A DNA stretch of 61,177 nt, filler included, from Sphacelaria rigidula (GCA_964200075.2; 10 parts of 10 records of this genome joined end to end with filler, not necessarily neighbours in it); one strand, 5' to 3'; positions 36,985 through 50,156 are shown, numbered from the whole stretch's first letter. Made by a program: numbers and translations. The notes: generated from the sequence alone by a model not told the origin.

Positions 36985-39123
36985 GAGAGGGGTAGGCAGG
37001 GCTCAGGCCGAACCGTAGTTGCGTAGACCATGTGTACACATTAGGTGAGATTGTTCGAAGTGGGAAAGACGCCGGGCTGACAACGTACTCTTCCTTTCTA
37101 CATGTACAAAAGGCCTATGATGCAGTGTGGAGATATGGACTCTGAAAAAAGATGTTGAAAGCTGGGATCATAGGAAAGATGTGGAGAATAGTGAAGAAGA
37201 TGACAGAATGATGCGAGAGGTGCTATGGTGCTAGATGGAGAAATATCGAGATACGTTGATATTTCACAAAGAGTTATACAAGGCTACACGTCATGCCCCA
37301 CTTTATTCAAGCTTTACATTAGTGAGATGATGGTAAAATTAAAAAGCAACAAAACAAAGAGTCAAGATGAGGGAAGATGCCGTGTCAGGATTGATGTCCG
37401 CGGATGATTTCGTGGGGATATCGGAAACACCGGAAGGGTTGCAGAAACAAGGAGAGAAAGCGCTAGAAAACACTAAGAAGTGGAGTGATAGCAAATGTAA
37501 AGAAATGCACGGTAGCTATATGCAACGCAGATAAGGAAAACCCGGTAGAGTTCAAATGGGAGTGGGGAGAAGAGAAGTTGCCAATCGTGAACCACTATAC
37601 GTACCTCGGCGTAAATGTCTGAAACAAAACATCTTGGGATGCACACATAAATGAAGTAATAAGAAAGGGTAAGGTACAGATAGGCAGGATGGACGTGGTC
37701 CTGAGAGACTCGCACCTCGACACTAGGGTCAAAATATGTATTCTGATGAACGTGATTGTATCTAAGCTAAAACATGCAGGAGGAGTTTGGGAAGGAAACG
37801 CTAAATTGGCGAAGCAGCCGGAAACAGTACAGATGACAGCAGACAAGACAATACTCGGATACTCAAGTTCTTCTTTACGCTCTATTTCAATTTCAATTTT
37901 CTCCACTCAATGCTGCATTATGCCACTTCTTGTATATAAAACAAATCCTTGTTCAAAAGGGCCTTTCTGGCCCTTGTCTGTCGTCTTTCGCCCGAAAAGA
38001 GGACCAGGCGGATGTTGACACCTCGAAATAACTTGCTCTATTCACTGAGACCGTTTCAGAGCACCATTGCGGTTTCCGTATATCAAAGTCTTGTTTTTGG
38101 CCCAACTTGCATTTGCAATGATGAACTGCCAAGAGCAGGTGCTCTGAAACGGTCTCAACGAGTAGAGCAAGTCACTCCAACGTGTCAACATCCGCCTAGC
38201 CCTCTTTTCGGGCGTAAAACAACGGAGAAGGACCAACCAAGCACTTTTCAACAAGATTTTTGTATCGACACATAAAAAGTGGCCTCAGTCGTCGTTCTTG
38301 AGCAGAACTGGCGATGTACGTACTTGAAACAAACATAGATACCAGAAAATTGAAATGACAATATTAGGTGAGTGACATGGCAAGAAAAAAATCGCCAGCC
38401 ATGTTGATAGGGCTGTACGGAAGAAAGTCAAGAAAGGGTAGGCTGGAATAAGACGGGATAGCGTAGTCGAGAAAGTATGGAAAGTACGGCAGGAAGTCAA
38501 GACGACATTATGTCCATCGGTTCATGCGGGGGGTGCAATGCAAGAAAGAGTAAGAGACATGATCGAAAGAAGGGGAAAGCAAGCGCTAAGATGGAAAATG
38601 GAAGAGGACGAGCGCCTGAAGATGTAAGGGGGGTTGAGGAAGGGGAAAAGGATGAGAAAATATCTGCGCGGCCGACTGGACTACGCGAAAAAGTTGAAAC
38701 TGCGACTTCGGGTGGGGGACCTGGACCTGCCAGAAAGAAGGAAGAAGTACACCAGTAGTCAGGTGGAGGAGGAAGTAGATACACATGATTACCCCTGTGG
38801 CACAGCAACGCAGAGAGTAGAACTCAAAGAGTGAGAGGATGTGAACTATACGAGAGAAACGGGGCGTCTTAGAAGGAGAAATGGGAAAAGTAAACGAAGG
38901 TGGCACAAAATGGTTCGGTAAACTTGATAATAGCGAAAAAACGATCGCGATACTAGGAGACAAATGGTGTCCACAGACAGCGAATCAGGAAGGGGTGGCA
39001 AAATAATACGTAAAGGGCTTTTTGCGCATTATATGAAAGAAACTTATCAGTGAGCATCCACATGTTGGAGGTGTCTTCATCAGAAATAGGAACGGTGCTC
39101 CGTCTCGGAAGGCATACGTGGTC
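36985..39123 (+). mobile_element. 5'-truncated copy of the same LINE family as 1-4830
   Basis: RT motifs RPNRSCVDHVYTL, VQKAYDAVWR, QG...PTLF and ADDFVGISE, plus KLRLRVGDLDLPERR. The 3' end TAGGAACGGTGCTCCGTCTCG matches 84-104 on the minus strand. It is interrupted by a MITE and ends at a Gypsy LTR. Confidence 0.9.
37921..38284. mobile_element. 364-bp long-TIR MITE (PIF/Harbinger-like)
   Basis: About 143-bp imperfect inverted arms (37921-38064 and 38138-38284) end in (G/T)GCCAC...GTGGCC. The flanks TTA and TCA fit a decayed 3-bp TSD. Confidence 0.85.
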
Positions 39124-39379
39124 TGTGACGAAAATACGCCATACCTTGAGTTGGTAGTGATGATATGGATAATGACTAGGGGCACGGAGATTCTGGAGGG
39201 TTCTGGATAATGACCAGGGGCACGGAAATGGTATATGCAGGTCTAGAAAGCTGGTGCCATGGCAGGACTCCTGAATAGTGAGAATGTTGTAAAGGCTGAC
39301 AACTGAAACTGAGGCCAGTAGAAGTGGGGAGTTCCTCAATAGCAGTGATCCAACAGTGCTTCCACTGGCCGGCGTCACA
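39124..39379 (+). repeat. 5' LTR of Ty3/Gypsy copy 2 (256 bp)
   Basis: TGTGACG...CGTCACA termini; homologous to 33239-33500. Confidence 0.88.
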
Positions 39380-39679
39380 ATACCGATATCAGTGCTAGTG
39401 CTAGTGTTAGTGCTAGACACCTGCTGGAAAGGATTTCGGCGGAGTGAGTCTGGCAGCTGGGGACAACCTGACATCACGGACGCGTGACGGGGGTTCAAGC
39501 TGGTGGTGGCTGCAGAAACGCGGCTAGCCTGTCATTGATCCAGACTGGAGACTTGCTGAAGCTGCGTCCAGCGAGAGTTTGGAGGCTCCTACGACTGTGT
39601 GGTGCGGCAACGAAGCAAGGAAAGTGCAATTCGAGAAGGTCCGCCGGCCTGCAGAGGCTCGCAGATAGCCGATTACAGC

Positions 39680-42600
39680 TACAGCTATGGCTACCGGCTC
39701 ACGAGGTACGTCCACCGTGACACCTGTGGTCATGAGAGAAGAATTACGACCTCCCCAATACGGGGACAAGTACTCAGAGAGTGCATCTTGCACTTTTTTC
39801 ACGAGGTGTTAGGAATACAGCGTGTGGAGCACGATAATGCAGGGGGTGCTGCGCGGCATCAGATGGTAATAATGGCTCAACAAGTGCCAACTCATGTGCA
39901 GAGAGTGTTCGCTCGTTTGGAACATAATGAGAGCACCCTCACCTCGCCGCAATTGGTTGCGGCGATCAAAACGCATGCTGGGCATGCGGCGGGCGCCGAG
40001 GTAGATCTGATCAAAGCGTCCGCGGCCGTGGCGAAAGCTGTCGCAATGGATTCTAGGGGGGAAACGATCTTGGGGCGTGTGGAGCCCATCTTGGCCAATT
40101 TGGAGAAGTACTTAACGGAAAATCCGAACGTAGAACTAGTATCGTTCTCCCGATGATGCGTTCATTCCCGGCCCGGCAGCAGTAATCTCTGAGGCTTTCG
40201 TGGAGGGGTTGGCGCCGGAAAATGTCAAGCAAGCCGTGCTTGTCAAGCTTCAGCACCAAAGAGATTGGAAGGACGACCCGTCCCTGGTGATGAGCACCGT
40301 CGTGGCCGAGGCCAAGGAGTGGCGGAAAATAGAGGTATTCGGCCAGTCGTCCACCTCTTCGCCGAAATCTTTGCGCAACCATGGCTCAAACTCGGCTGGC
40401 CGCGCCGCGAGTATTACTTGCCACCGCTATGGCAAGGTCGGCCATTACGCGCGCGATTACCCAACGTCTTCCGGTGGAAAGTCTGGGCAGTCTAGTGCCG
40501 CACGCCATCAGCATCGTCAGCACAAGGGGAAAATACGAGGTAATCGCAGTGGCGGCGGCGGATCCTCCGGCGATGGAGGGTCGCAGGCGAGCCCTCAGCA
40601 GCAGCCGCAGCCGCAGCAGAATCAGCAGCAGCAGGGACAGCGGCGTCAGCATGGACCTGGCTCTGGGTCCGGCGCCGCCGTAGGTGCTGTTGCTCCGCAG
40701 CGGGCGGTGCAGGTGGGCCCGACTTCTACAGAATCGAACACTGCGCCGTCGCCGGTGGTGGCGCTGGCGGCGATACCGGCAGCAGCGCCAGGCGCGACGC
40801 CCGTTGACGCGCTGGTCGGAGGGTCGCCAAATTCTTGGTTTGCTGGCTGGGGGGCGTACCTGCCGGCGGTGCCGTTTGAACCTGCCGGGGTGTCTTCGCC
40901 TGCGCAGCTTGCGCAGCCGTGGCGTCAAGTGGGATTAGGGGCGCATAGGTCAGCGGAAGAAGTTCCCGTGGAGCTTGCCGACAGATACATTCCGGCGGAG
41001 TTATGTATCCCGAATCAACGGCAGCGTGGAACCATTGTGGTTCGGCCTGTGTTGGATTCTGGCGCCCATTTCACTGGTCTGCCGGTGCAGATGGTTGAGA
41101 TGCTGGAGCGTCAACTCCCGGGTATGCCGCTGCGCATCCCGTTTTCGCTCGGGGTGCGGCAGGCAGTCACCGCGTCAGGTCAGCATGTTTCAGTCACGGA
41201 GCGTACGGTTCCGTTGCAGCTAGCCTTCACGACTGCTTGGGGGCTGGCGCCGTTGCCTCCGATCTCGTTTACGATTATGTCAGGGTCGGATGGCGTTGTT
41301 CTTCTGGGGCTACCGACGCTACAGGATCTAGGAGTCGACCCGTATGAGCGGTTGAAGGATTCCATGAAGACGCGGATGTCTCCGCCTGGTCCGCGCTTGG
41401 AGACGGCCGCCTTTCTGGGCAGTCGTCGCGTGAGCTTGTCGGTGGATGCTTTTCAGGAGTCTGGGGGGTAGGTGACCGAAGAGCGGGATGCAGCGGTGGA
41501 ACGCTCGGTAGAGCGCGGCCCAGAGATGATAATGATTCTGGCGGAAGAGGAGTCCGCTCGGAAGGTCGCGCTGGAGAACAGCGTGACGGATGCTGGGGCG
41601 ACAGGCCTCAGCATCTCAAAAGCGGAGCGCCTGCGCGGCATATTGCATTGCCGTGTCAACGCGTTTCGTCGTACGCTGCGGGGTGATCCCCCTGCGCGCG
41701 TGGAGCCCATGCGTGTTCAGCTAAAACCTGGGGCGTCCGCGGTGAAGACGAAGCCGCCGCGGTACGATCCAGTGAAGTCGAGTTGGTTGGCATTGTGCAG
41801 GGCGGCTCTTTTGGCGCTCAGGCTGGTGTTACGGAATATGCAGGCGGGGTGGTCCAGTCCGGATAATGCGTTTCCGAAGAAGCCTGCATCGTGGACTGTA
41901 GACCTAGCCACCATTGTTGCCTAAGGTCAGGGACTTTGTCGGTGGGGTTGCGGGTCTGATTGCCGGGCTCTGTGAAGGTGACCTCCATGACGAGGACAGC
42001 CGGTTTTGTTACTCTGGTGGAGAGAGGCTATATGGTCCTGTTCTCCTGTACTATGCTGGGTTACACATAAACAACTAAAGCTGCTGAAGTCCATGTGCCC
42101 GTGATGGGAGGAGTCCACATGGCAATCTGATCTTGAGTGACAGAGGTCTATAATAAACGACAGAGGTCTATAGGACGAAGAGCAGGCGGCAAGCGTGGGC
42201 AGCAGCGAAGGATCTGGTGGCTCATGCCGTGACGCTCTTCCATCCTCGTCTAGATTGTCAGGTGTCAATGTTTCCGGATGCATCTGAGTGCCATTGGGGT
42301 AGTTTGGTCATGCAGGTGCCTACAGTTGAAGTTCACATGCCTGTCCGCGCTGTGGCTGTGTATGGTCCTTGTGAACCTAATGACTCGATGCCGTCCAAAT
42401 CTGTCGTCCCTTAAGCGTAACGAAACGACCTTGGGGCCGAAGATGCGGATGTGCAATCTTTCGAATCGGACGCTGGTACTGCTATCTTGGACAAGGAAGG
42501 TGTGTTTCATGTGCATGTGCGTGGCCGAGACGTTTTGTGGATTCCGAGTTCTGACAAGCAGTTGCAGCTACGTCTGATGATTTGCGCGCACATGCGCGAC

Positions 42601-42796
42601 GCCGGGCATCGTGGTGTGGCTGCGACGCTCGTGCGCTTGCAAGAGTTTTGTGTCTGGCAGGGGATAGAAACTCATGTGCGCGAATTTGTCCGCCAGTGTC
42701 TTCACTGTGCTGACTCGAGGGCGGGCGATGTTGTTCCCCGCCCGCTCGGCGAAACGGTCCATGGGACCACGCCGAATGAAGTGGTTCATTTTGACT
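39680..42796 (+). pseudogene. Ty3/Gypsy copy 2 gag-pol, internally deleted (gag, protease, RT start, RNase H fragment, integrase start)
   Basis: Decayed knuckle CHRYGKVGHYARDY, protease VLDSGAHFT, and a stop at 41469-41471. RT breaks after WSSP..FPKK (about 41880). RNase H MFPDASECHWG (about 42270) and integrase HHCC motif AH...GHRG...CLHC...EVVHFD (42590-42796) follow. Confidence 0.92.
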
Positions 42797-43229
42797 NNNN
42801 NNNNNNNNNNNNNNNNNNNNNNNNNNNNNNNNNNNNNNNNTTAATTAATTAANNNNNNNNNNNNNNNNNNNNNNNNNNNNNNNNNNNNNNNNNNNNATGT
42901 GGCACCACAAGATGCGAGGCACATTGGACGCAAATTGATGATGTAGATAGATACGTTTCGCTTGATTGAGCAAGCATTGCAGAGCATTGTGGTATTTGTC
43001 TGGTCTTGTTCTCGTCGTGGAAGTGTGATGTGCGATGTATTGCCGAAACTCATGAATATAACTTGGCCTTGGCTTCGAAGATATGCGAAGAAGTAAAGCT
43101 TCGTTTACACGAATTTTTGTTCTTGATATACTATTTTATTTCTTATTTTTTCATTTTTTTCATTTATATATGACATTTAATAACCCCCCCTCCCCCCCAA
43201 AAAAACACCTACGATTAAAAGATCAGCAT

Positions 43230-43380
43230 AGGGCCCCGCATTTTTTTGGGGCACTCCTGTCCCGGTGTAGAAAAAGTGTGTTCTTACGGCACCACCAGCA
43301 GGAAAACAAATCCCGACTCAGGACTCGAACTCAACTCCCGGCGTGAAGGAAACAGTGTTCTACTCACGCACCACGAGCAA
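43230..43380 (-). mobile_element. Possible tRNA-derived SINE
   Basis: B-box-like GAGTTCGAGTCC (43321-43332) with only a weak A-box upstream. Confidence 0.3.
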
Positions 43381-45905
43381 AAATAGGTAGACACAGGGTT
43401 CAAATACCAACCAACTTCTTGCATGTCCATCAGTGTACCTTTCACCTTCAGAATACACGCGCATCTTCATCGAAGCGTAGCGCCAAATATCATGTTATAT
43501 AAATGCTAAACTTTGGATATGTTAAGAGGGTTTCGGAAAACAAAAGTTTGAGCCGAGCACTCAGGGATAATTTGCGTCTTCTTACTAAAATCCAATCAAA
43601 CGATAATCATCCCAGAGTTTTTCCGACCTGTTTTTGTCTTCCGAAACTCTCTATTATCATAATTCCACTATATTATATATATCATGAGAAGCTCGGGTGC
43701 GGGCGGGTGCGGGCATTATACACTCATCCCAGTATAAATCATGTCGACGGGTATGGACGATAGGTAAAAGTGAATATGAAAAATACCGGACCATTGGGTA
43801 CCCAGCCAGTAACCGCCCTCGTGAAGGATACAAGGATGAGTAGAAGTTCCCGCAGACGAGCTTAGTGCATGATCGCGACTATGTGCTGGCTCAGTGGACA
43901 CATCGTGAGACATTGGTCACATTTTTAGCTTGTTTCGTCAACGATTGAGGGCAAAATCAGAGTCTGCGTCCCGTTTTCTACTTGGAGTGTACACAACGGT
44001 TCAATTTTGTTTTGTACTGTACTGTCAAAAGAGCGACTTGGCTTCCGCAGGCAAGTATAACGTTTGCTCTACACAGACGGCCTCTGAGGAAAACCATGCG
44101 GTACAGGACGGCTGTCCAAGAGGCATATACCCCTGAATAAACCGAGGTGGTAAAGTCTCCAACGTCCAAAAGTAGACAAGACGGGGGTACATGCCGAATT
44201 TTATTGCGGTCGTACGTTTGAAAATAACAAGAGTAGCCTCTATACTCGTATCTTCTTGACTGAATGCATACTACTGTGCTTACTGTCTGTTTTTATGACC
44301 AATACACCAGGGGAGTAGTCCATCTCGGTCATCTATACATTTTTGATGTGAAATTGGTGCCGATTCAATCCATGACCTCCTCTCGCTGCGTGCAGTTTTG
44401 TCGGTACTGTACTATTTTTTGCATCCCTCGCACCGGCAATCATCTCCATCGGAAGCTTTCAACTCCAGACTGAGACAACACAACGTCAGCATTCAGCGCC
44501 GTATTGCACTAGACTTCGTTTCACGCCCCTCCTTGTGTGCGAGAAGCTGTCGGTGCGCCCACCCACCGACAATCAGCGCCGATAACTCTGTTCTTGGTGT
44601 CGTTATTCACTGTCTGTACTCCAGCACAGATAGATTGCTTGCACCAAGTCACCATCTGCTTCGGAAACATTGCAGGGCCACCGCGATCCCGCGTCCGTTT
44701 GAACGGTCGCGAACGCAGGTGTACCCCCCCCTACACAAATTCTAGCACGAATCCAGCAATGGACTCCTGGCATTGGCATTGGCCCGGACAGTCATCTCTC
44801 GGGGCGGGGGCGGAGGAGCTTGCACACTGACACCAGCACTCAAGCTCGCGGACGCCTCGTTACGAAGTATGCTTGACGCTCGTGCGTTCGAAATATTTTA
44901 TATTTATATATACTATATTTTTGCTGGTTCGTTTCCGTTCCTTTTCTTTCTTTCCTTCTTCCGCTTGCTTTTGCTTTGCTTTGTTTATCGTCCAGTTTAC
45001 CGACCCTGTTTATATTTTGTTTCCCCCCCGTTTTCTTTCGAGAATGCTTCAATTTTGTTTACTTTGAGTACGTCTACAGGAGTGGGCAGTCTAACTTCAA
45101 GGATGTTTGAGGGTTTCCCTCGCGTAGTGTTCTTCGATAAAACTCGAAATTCCTAGCGTCGGTATTTTTTGGTACAATAAACACATCATCCTCAAAATAC
45201 AGTGCCCAAGTCATCGTTGGTTAGTGTTATCGGGCGATACGATTAAATACCCCGTTTATCAGGAGGGTGTTGTTGACCGTGAAACACACTTTTCCGGCTC
45301 TAGTGCAATGGGTACGTAGTATTTCAACTAATAAAACTATTCTATTCTTCACAAACATGATCGGGATAGGCCCGATCGACCGAAAATACCGGAGAGTAAG
45401 GATCTGGGCTGAAACGTTGCAGGACCCCCGATGACGGGTCAGCCCGTAAGTCACTCAATATGGAGTACAGGTGATTTTTTTTCTGGGAATGTGGAGCGGG
45501 TATATATATCTTCAGATCCCCAATGTGATGAGCGGTGGCAAGCGAAAAGAGCATAAGAAAATCGCCAATTACGAAAAAATCACAAAATGCCACAAAATAA
45601 ATGGTTAGGCCGCCCACTACTTCATCTTATGGATAATGACCACGGCTGAATCTCTCGAGGATCAGTTGATGTGCGACAATCAATAAGTCAGTCAAGCATA
45701 TATTGGGGTGTGTTAACTGTCATGCTTGTCGTGCGTTCGTTAGAAGGGGGCGTAGGTGGCTCTCATGCGTTTTCTGGGTTTGAGATTACACGGGGAGCGA
45801 GGATGGATATTTTTTTAGCGATCAGCTTCCCTGTGTGGTGTCTCGTCCCCTGTCTCGTTTCTCTCACGCCCTCCCCGCCCCCGCCCCCCCTTTTTTTTCT
45901 CATTC

Positions 45906-46014
45906 GGCGAAAATCGGGCGTGCTCCGTCCGGGTCTTGTAGGGATGCGAGGTCAGTGGCCGTATGAATACGGCATGCAAGATCACGAGTACACCCCCTCC
46001 CCGCCCCCCGCCCC
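45906..46014 (+). mobile_element. 5'-truncated SINE-like family A copy with C-rich TSD
   Basis: The family A tail is flanked by CCCTCCCCGCCCCCGCCCC (45869-45887) and CCCTCCCCGCCCCCCGCCCC (45995-46014). Confidence 0.85.
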
Positions 46015-47550
46015 TCTCCCCCCTTTCCCCCGCCTCTTCCCTGCTTCTGTCTGGTTATGTATATATATGTCCGTTTGTCTGCCTGTATCGATCTATCTGT
46101 CTTCCTGTCTCTCTGTTTCTCATCTGTCTATCCACCTCTTGTCCAACTGTCTTGGTTTGCATTGTTCACCTCTTTTCTTGCCTCTTTTCCCCCCTCTGTT
46201 TCTATCCCGGGCTTGGTGTTGAACGAACTGGCAACAAAAAGGTGTTGCTCATGATGACCTTGCAGGTGGCGGTGGGGCGACTCAAGCATATAAGCCTCAC
46301 TTCGGGTGTTATCGACGCTAGAAACAGGGGCAAGAAATTTCGATGGCACGGAAAGGTTCGAGAAAATGATCCAAGAACTGTATCAAACGACCCCCTTGTT
46401 TTTTTGTTTTATTTTAACTTTTTTTTATCATTTGCTTGGGCCCACACAAACTATCACAGTTATCGAAATTTTTTGGGGGGGTAATCGAGAAGAAATTGCA
46501 CAATTCTTTCTAATTTTTTATTTTTGGAGATTGGAACACATTGTGTATTCCCACAAATTTGGCGTCCCCATTTTCAAAAGATACTCTAGCTGTAAAGAGC
46601 AGACCCGATGCTGTTGTGACTAATTTGATACCTGTATTTGGCGGGTCGAGAGCATGTTATGAAAGAATAATACTGTCGTCTGTTTTTGTGGCGTTCTTTT
46701 TATTTCTTGTACGTGTGTCTTGTTTTCGGTCGTTTTGTTTTGTTGTGGTTTGCGTTTGTCGTGTGATTTACATTGTGATACATGTGTTTTGGATGAAGTG
46801 ACGCTACATCAGGGTGCACATTAGTCAGCGTCTGGATACCGGATGAATGATCTCAATCGGGGTTTTTCGCAGACGGTTTGTCCCTTCACTAAAAAGTTTG
46901 AGTCGGTAGGCATTGGAAGAAAACACAGCTCGTGCTCCGGACACCTTTCCCAATTTTTTGTTTTCGGAATAGTAAAGAAGAAAAACCTGTTTATCGAGGG
47001 GGTGTAGTTGATCGTGCATGGTCCCCCGAATTCGTTTTTTCGGCTATAGCGCGATGAATATCTTGAAAAAATATATATCGAGAACTGCGCCACAAAATTG
47101 TTCATCACGGCGATCCGGGCCATTCGTTGGAGCGAAAATATCAAGAAGCGAAAACCCAGGGATGTACACTCTTCGGACCCGCGACGACCGGCAATTCCGT
47201 AACTCGTTCAAATTTTAATCGCTGCTTTTTTTGTTTGTTTTCTCGGAGTTTGTGCGTTGCTCAGTTTCTCGACTTCCGAAGTTCTGAAGCAAACAGTAAC
47301 CGTGATGAATTTTGGTAAACGGAATACCCGCAAAAATCGTTCTTGATCAAAATATAATGTTTAATTGTTGACTACCGTAGTCATCATGCTATTCCACACC
47401 ACGCTAGTGTTTAGTCTTCTACGGTCGTACTTTTTTTGCTCTTTGTTCCTCACCCTCGTTTGTGGTATGTCTGTACAAATTTTCATCTCCTCTTTTCTTC
47501 CTGTTCTTTGTTTTTATTCACCCTTGCTACCCCCGTGTGCGTGAGGACAG

Positions 47551-47682
47551 ATGGGCTTACTGGTGTATGACATGGCTACTTTAGCCTTTATCACGGGACT
47601 GTTCACGCACTTCGGCTTTCACATTATCACCGTGCTCGTGCCCATCTTGGTGGTTTACGCGTGGCTCAACGTCAGTCTCCAG
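47551..47682 (+). CDS. Probable exon of a host membrane-protein gene
   Basis: A pyrimidine-rich tract and CAG acceptor precede a 132-nt open phase-0 exon, MGLLVYDMATLAFITGLFTHFGFHIITVLVPILVVYAWLNVSLQ (hydrophobic). The donor is CAG|GTATGG. Confidence 0.6.
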
Positions 47683-49942
47683 GTATGGTTGGGTTCACCA
47701 CCACATTGCGATCAAAACCACTCGTCATAAGTCCAACCCGCTGCTAAATTATCAAGTTATCTCACTATACCAGTATAATGCAGGGTCCCAGTATAGTGCA
47801 GGGTTCCTGCATAGTGCAGTCCTGCCAGTCGGGCGATCCACGGCACTATGCTGGGACCACCGCTGAACTTGAAATAAAAACGTTGCCAAGAAGGAAAAAC
47901 ACCGATTTGTATCTCAACTCGGGGAGTGTCGCGTGTGTAGACTATGTTGCCTTGGTTCTCTGGATACAGTTATAGGTAGGAATGGGGGCCCTGAAGACCA
48001 AAGATCGACCCAAAATTAAAAATAAATAATAACGCGGAGGAAGAATGAACACGTCAGTAGATGATCGGACCTGCGCCGAGGCCTTCACGAACATAACGCA
48101 TGCTTCATCACTTGATACCTTGGTTTAGTATGGGAAAGCTGTAGCACTAGAGATCGCTCGGTTCTCGACACAAGAAGCAAGCCGGTCCACGGCACTTGAC
48201 AGCCCCCCGCATACACACAAGATCAAGGGGACCTAGTTGGATATTTTGCCGGCATCGCGTCAGCGGCCAGGGAACCCTCCTTCAGAGCGGAAAATAACTT
48301 ATTTTAGTATACAAGGATCGGACGGGGCCGCCGATAGGCGGCCCCGTCCTCCACGATAGGCGTGGAAAGAGATTAATTTTATTCGGGGGATGGTGAAGGC
48401 AATGAATCCTACCAAGAGGTTGAGCCAAATATTGGATATCTGTATCGGTTATGAAACTATGTTATGTGTAATGAGTAGAAGATTTTCAGTAAAAAACGGT
48501 CAGGCGATCAAACTTTCCCCGTGTTTTTTGATCGCTTGACCGTTTTTTATTGAAGGTACGTGTTGGGCCAAAATGAAAGTGCAGCCAGCGGGAAATGCAA
48601 ACTTGTCCTAGAATGGCCTCAATGAGTAGAGCAAGCCATTCCAAGGTGTCAATATGTGCCTAGCCCTCTTTTCAGGCGAAAGGTGACCGAGAAGGGCCAA
48701 AAAGGCAGTTTTGAACAGAAATTTTGAACGACTCCCCCCTTTTTCCCCTCACACTTTCAACCCCTCTTCTTCCTCGGGATGAGTCCGTGGTCTCGAGGGA
48801 TCAACCCATGTCTCCCCCGGTACGCGCCTTTTATTCTGGTGTCGCGGATTGCGTCAGCACTCCCGCACCGCGTCAACTCACTTCACACAAACCCAGTCGG
48901 CTACTTTGTTTATTCACGTTCTCNNNNNNNNNNNNNNNNNNNNNNNNNNNNNNNNNNNNNNNNNNNNTTAATTAATTAANNNNNNNNNNNNNNNNNNNNN
49001 NNNNNNNNNNNNNNNNNNNNNNNAGACTAGAAGTTGTCGCCATAGGCGACCAGGGCCTGGGGGGATGTTGGACCGTCCTATATTAGGCTCTTCCTGGCAT
49101 CACCCCGAGTTGTCTAGTTACGTCGGCATTACATGGTCCTCGGTGATCTGGTCCTTCCGGATCGCCCCTAGCTTGTCCCTGCTTGCGCTGGGTCTGTATA
49201 CATGTGTGACATCAGTATCTGATATGCCACTGCAAAGAGATATCTCCCACATGTATGCTAAATGTCTGAAATTCCATCACTGGATCATTACTGACAATGA
49301 CTCGACACAGAGCTAGGATTACTCTCGATCTCAACCTCTTGCCGTGTCCGTCTGCCTTGTCTACTAAGTTGACAGGGGGTTTTAGTGGGTTTACACTGCC
49401 TTTAGCAAGACTTCCTGAACGCTTGAGGCGCCTGCCCCACATGACTGCCGTGAGGCAGTCAAGCCGAGCCTCCGGGTATCGACACACGAACCTACTAGTG
49501 GAGTGAGTGTTGGGTGGGGTTTCCTCTTTCCTTCAAGGGAAAAGAAAAAAATGTATCTAACAAGGTGCGCAGCAGGCAGTGCAAACGCAGAGCGCGCGTC
49601 ATCCTCGAAAACATACGACCGAACTATTTGTCGTAATCCAACATTATATCGATGACATTTGTCATTATCTAGCATTGAAAATGACTTTTTGATTACAAAC
49701 ATGTGACAGTTTTGCAGGATATATCACAGTTTTCAGTCATAGCGTTATTGTTATATGGATCTCTCGGAGTGCCATGCGAAGGCGAATACATGAATATATC
49801 ACTTGTACGTACAGTCCTACCGGGTTCTTAGAAATTCTATCTGCTACTTCTGCTCACCCGCCCTCCAGCTACGGCTGGCAGCAGCGAAATCGGGGTCACA
49901 AGCTACCAGCAACTACCGCACACGAACTGGTGTGAACAAGGG

Positions 49943-50105
49943 TTCGGCTGGCACACGTCTCCGCATATGTTGTAGTGTTGTCTGGTGTACTGAACTGTCG
50001 TCCACGCTTGATCTCGGCTTGACTCACAAGGACCTTGCAAAGGTACGTCGTTGCTACCAAGATATCAAACTGGGAATCAAGCCTGTCGGTGCGCGCGCGC
50101 GCGCG

Positions 50106-50156
<51 letters not shown>

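Noticed and set aside
36930..36990. Twister, HDV or hammerhead ribozyme in family A (ACACTGCC motif)
   Set aside because: I could not build the required stems and pseudoknots or find a CUGANGA/GAAA core by eye.
44469..44718. Two further possible small exons on contig 8
   Set aside because: AG/GT boundaries exist, but there is no recognisable protein signal, so they cannot be distinguished from chance.
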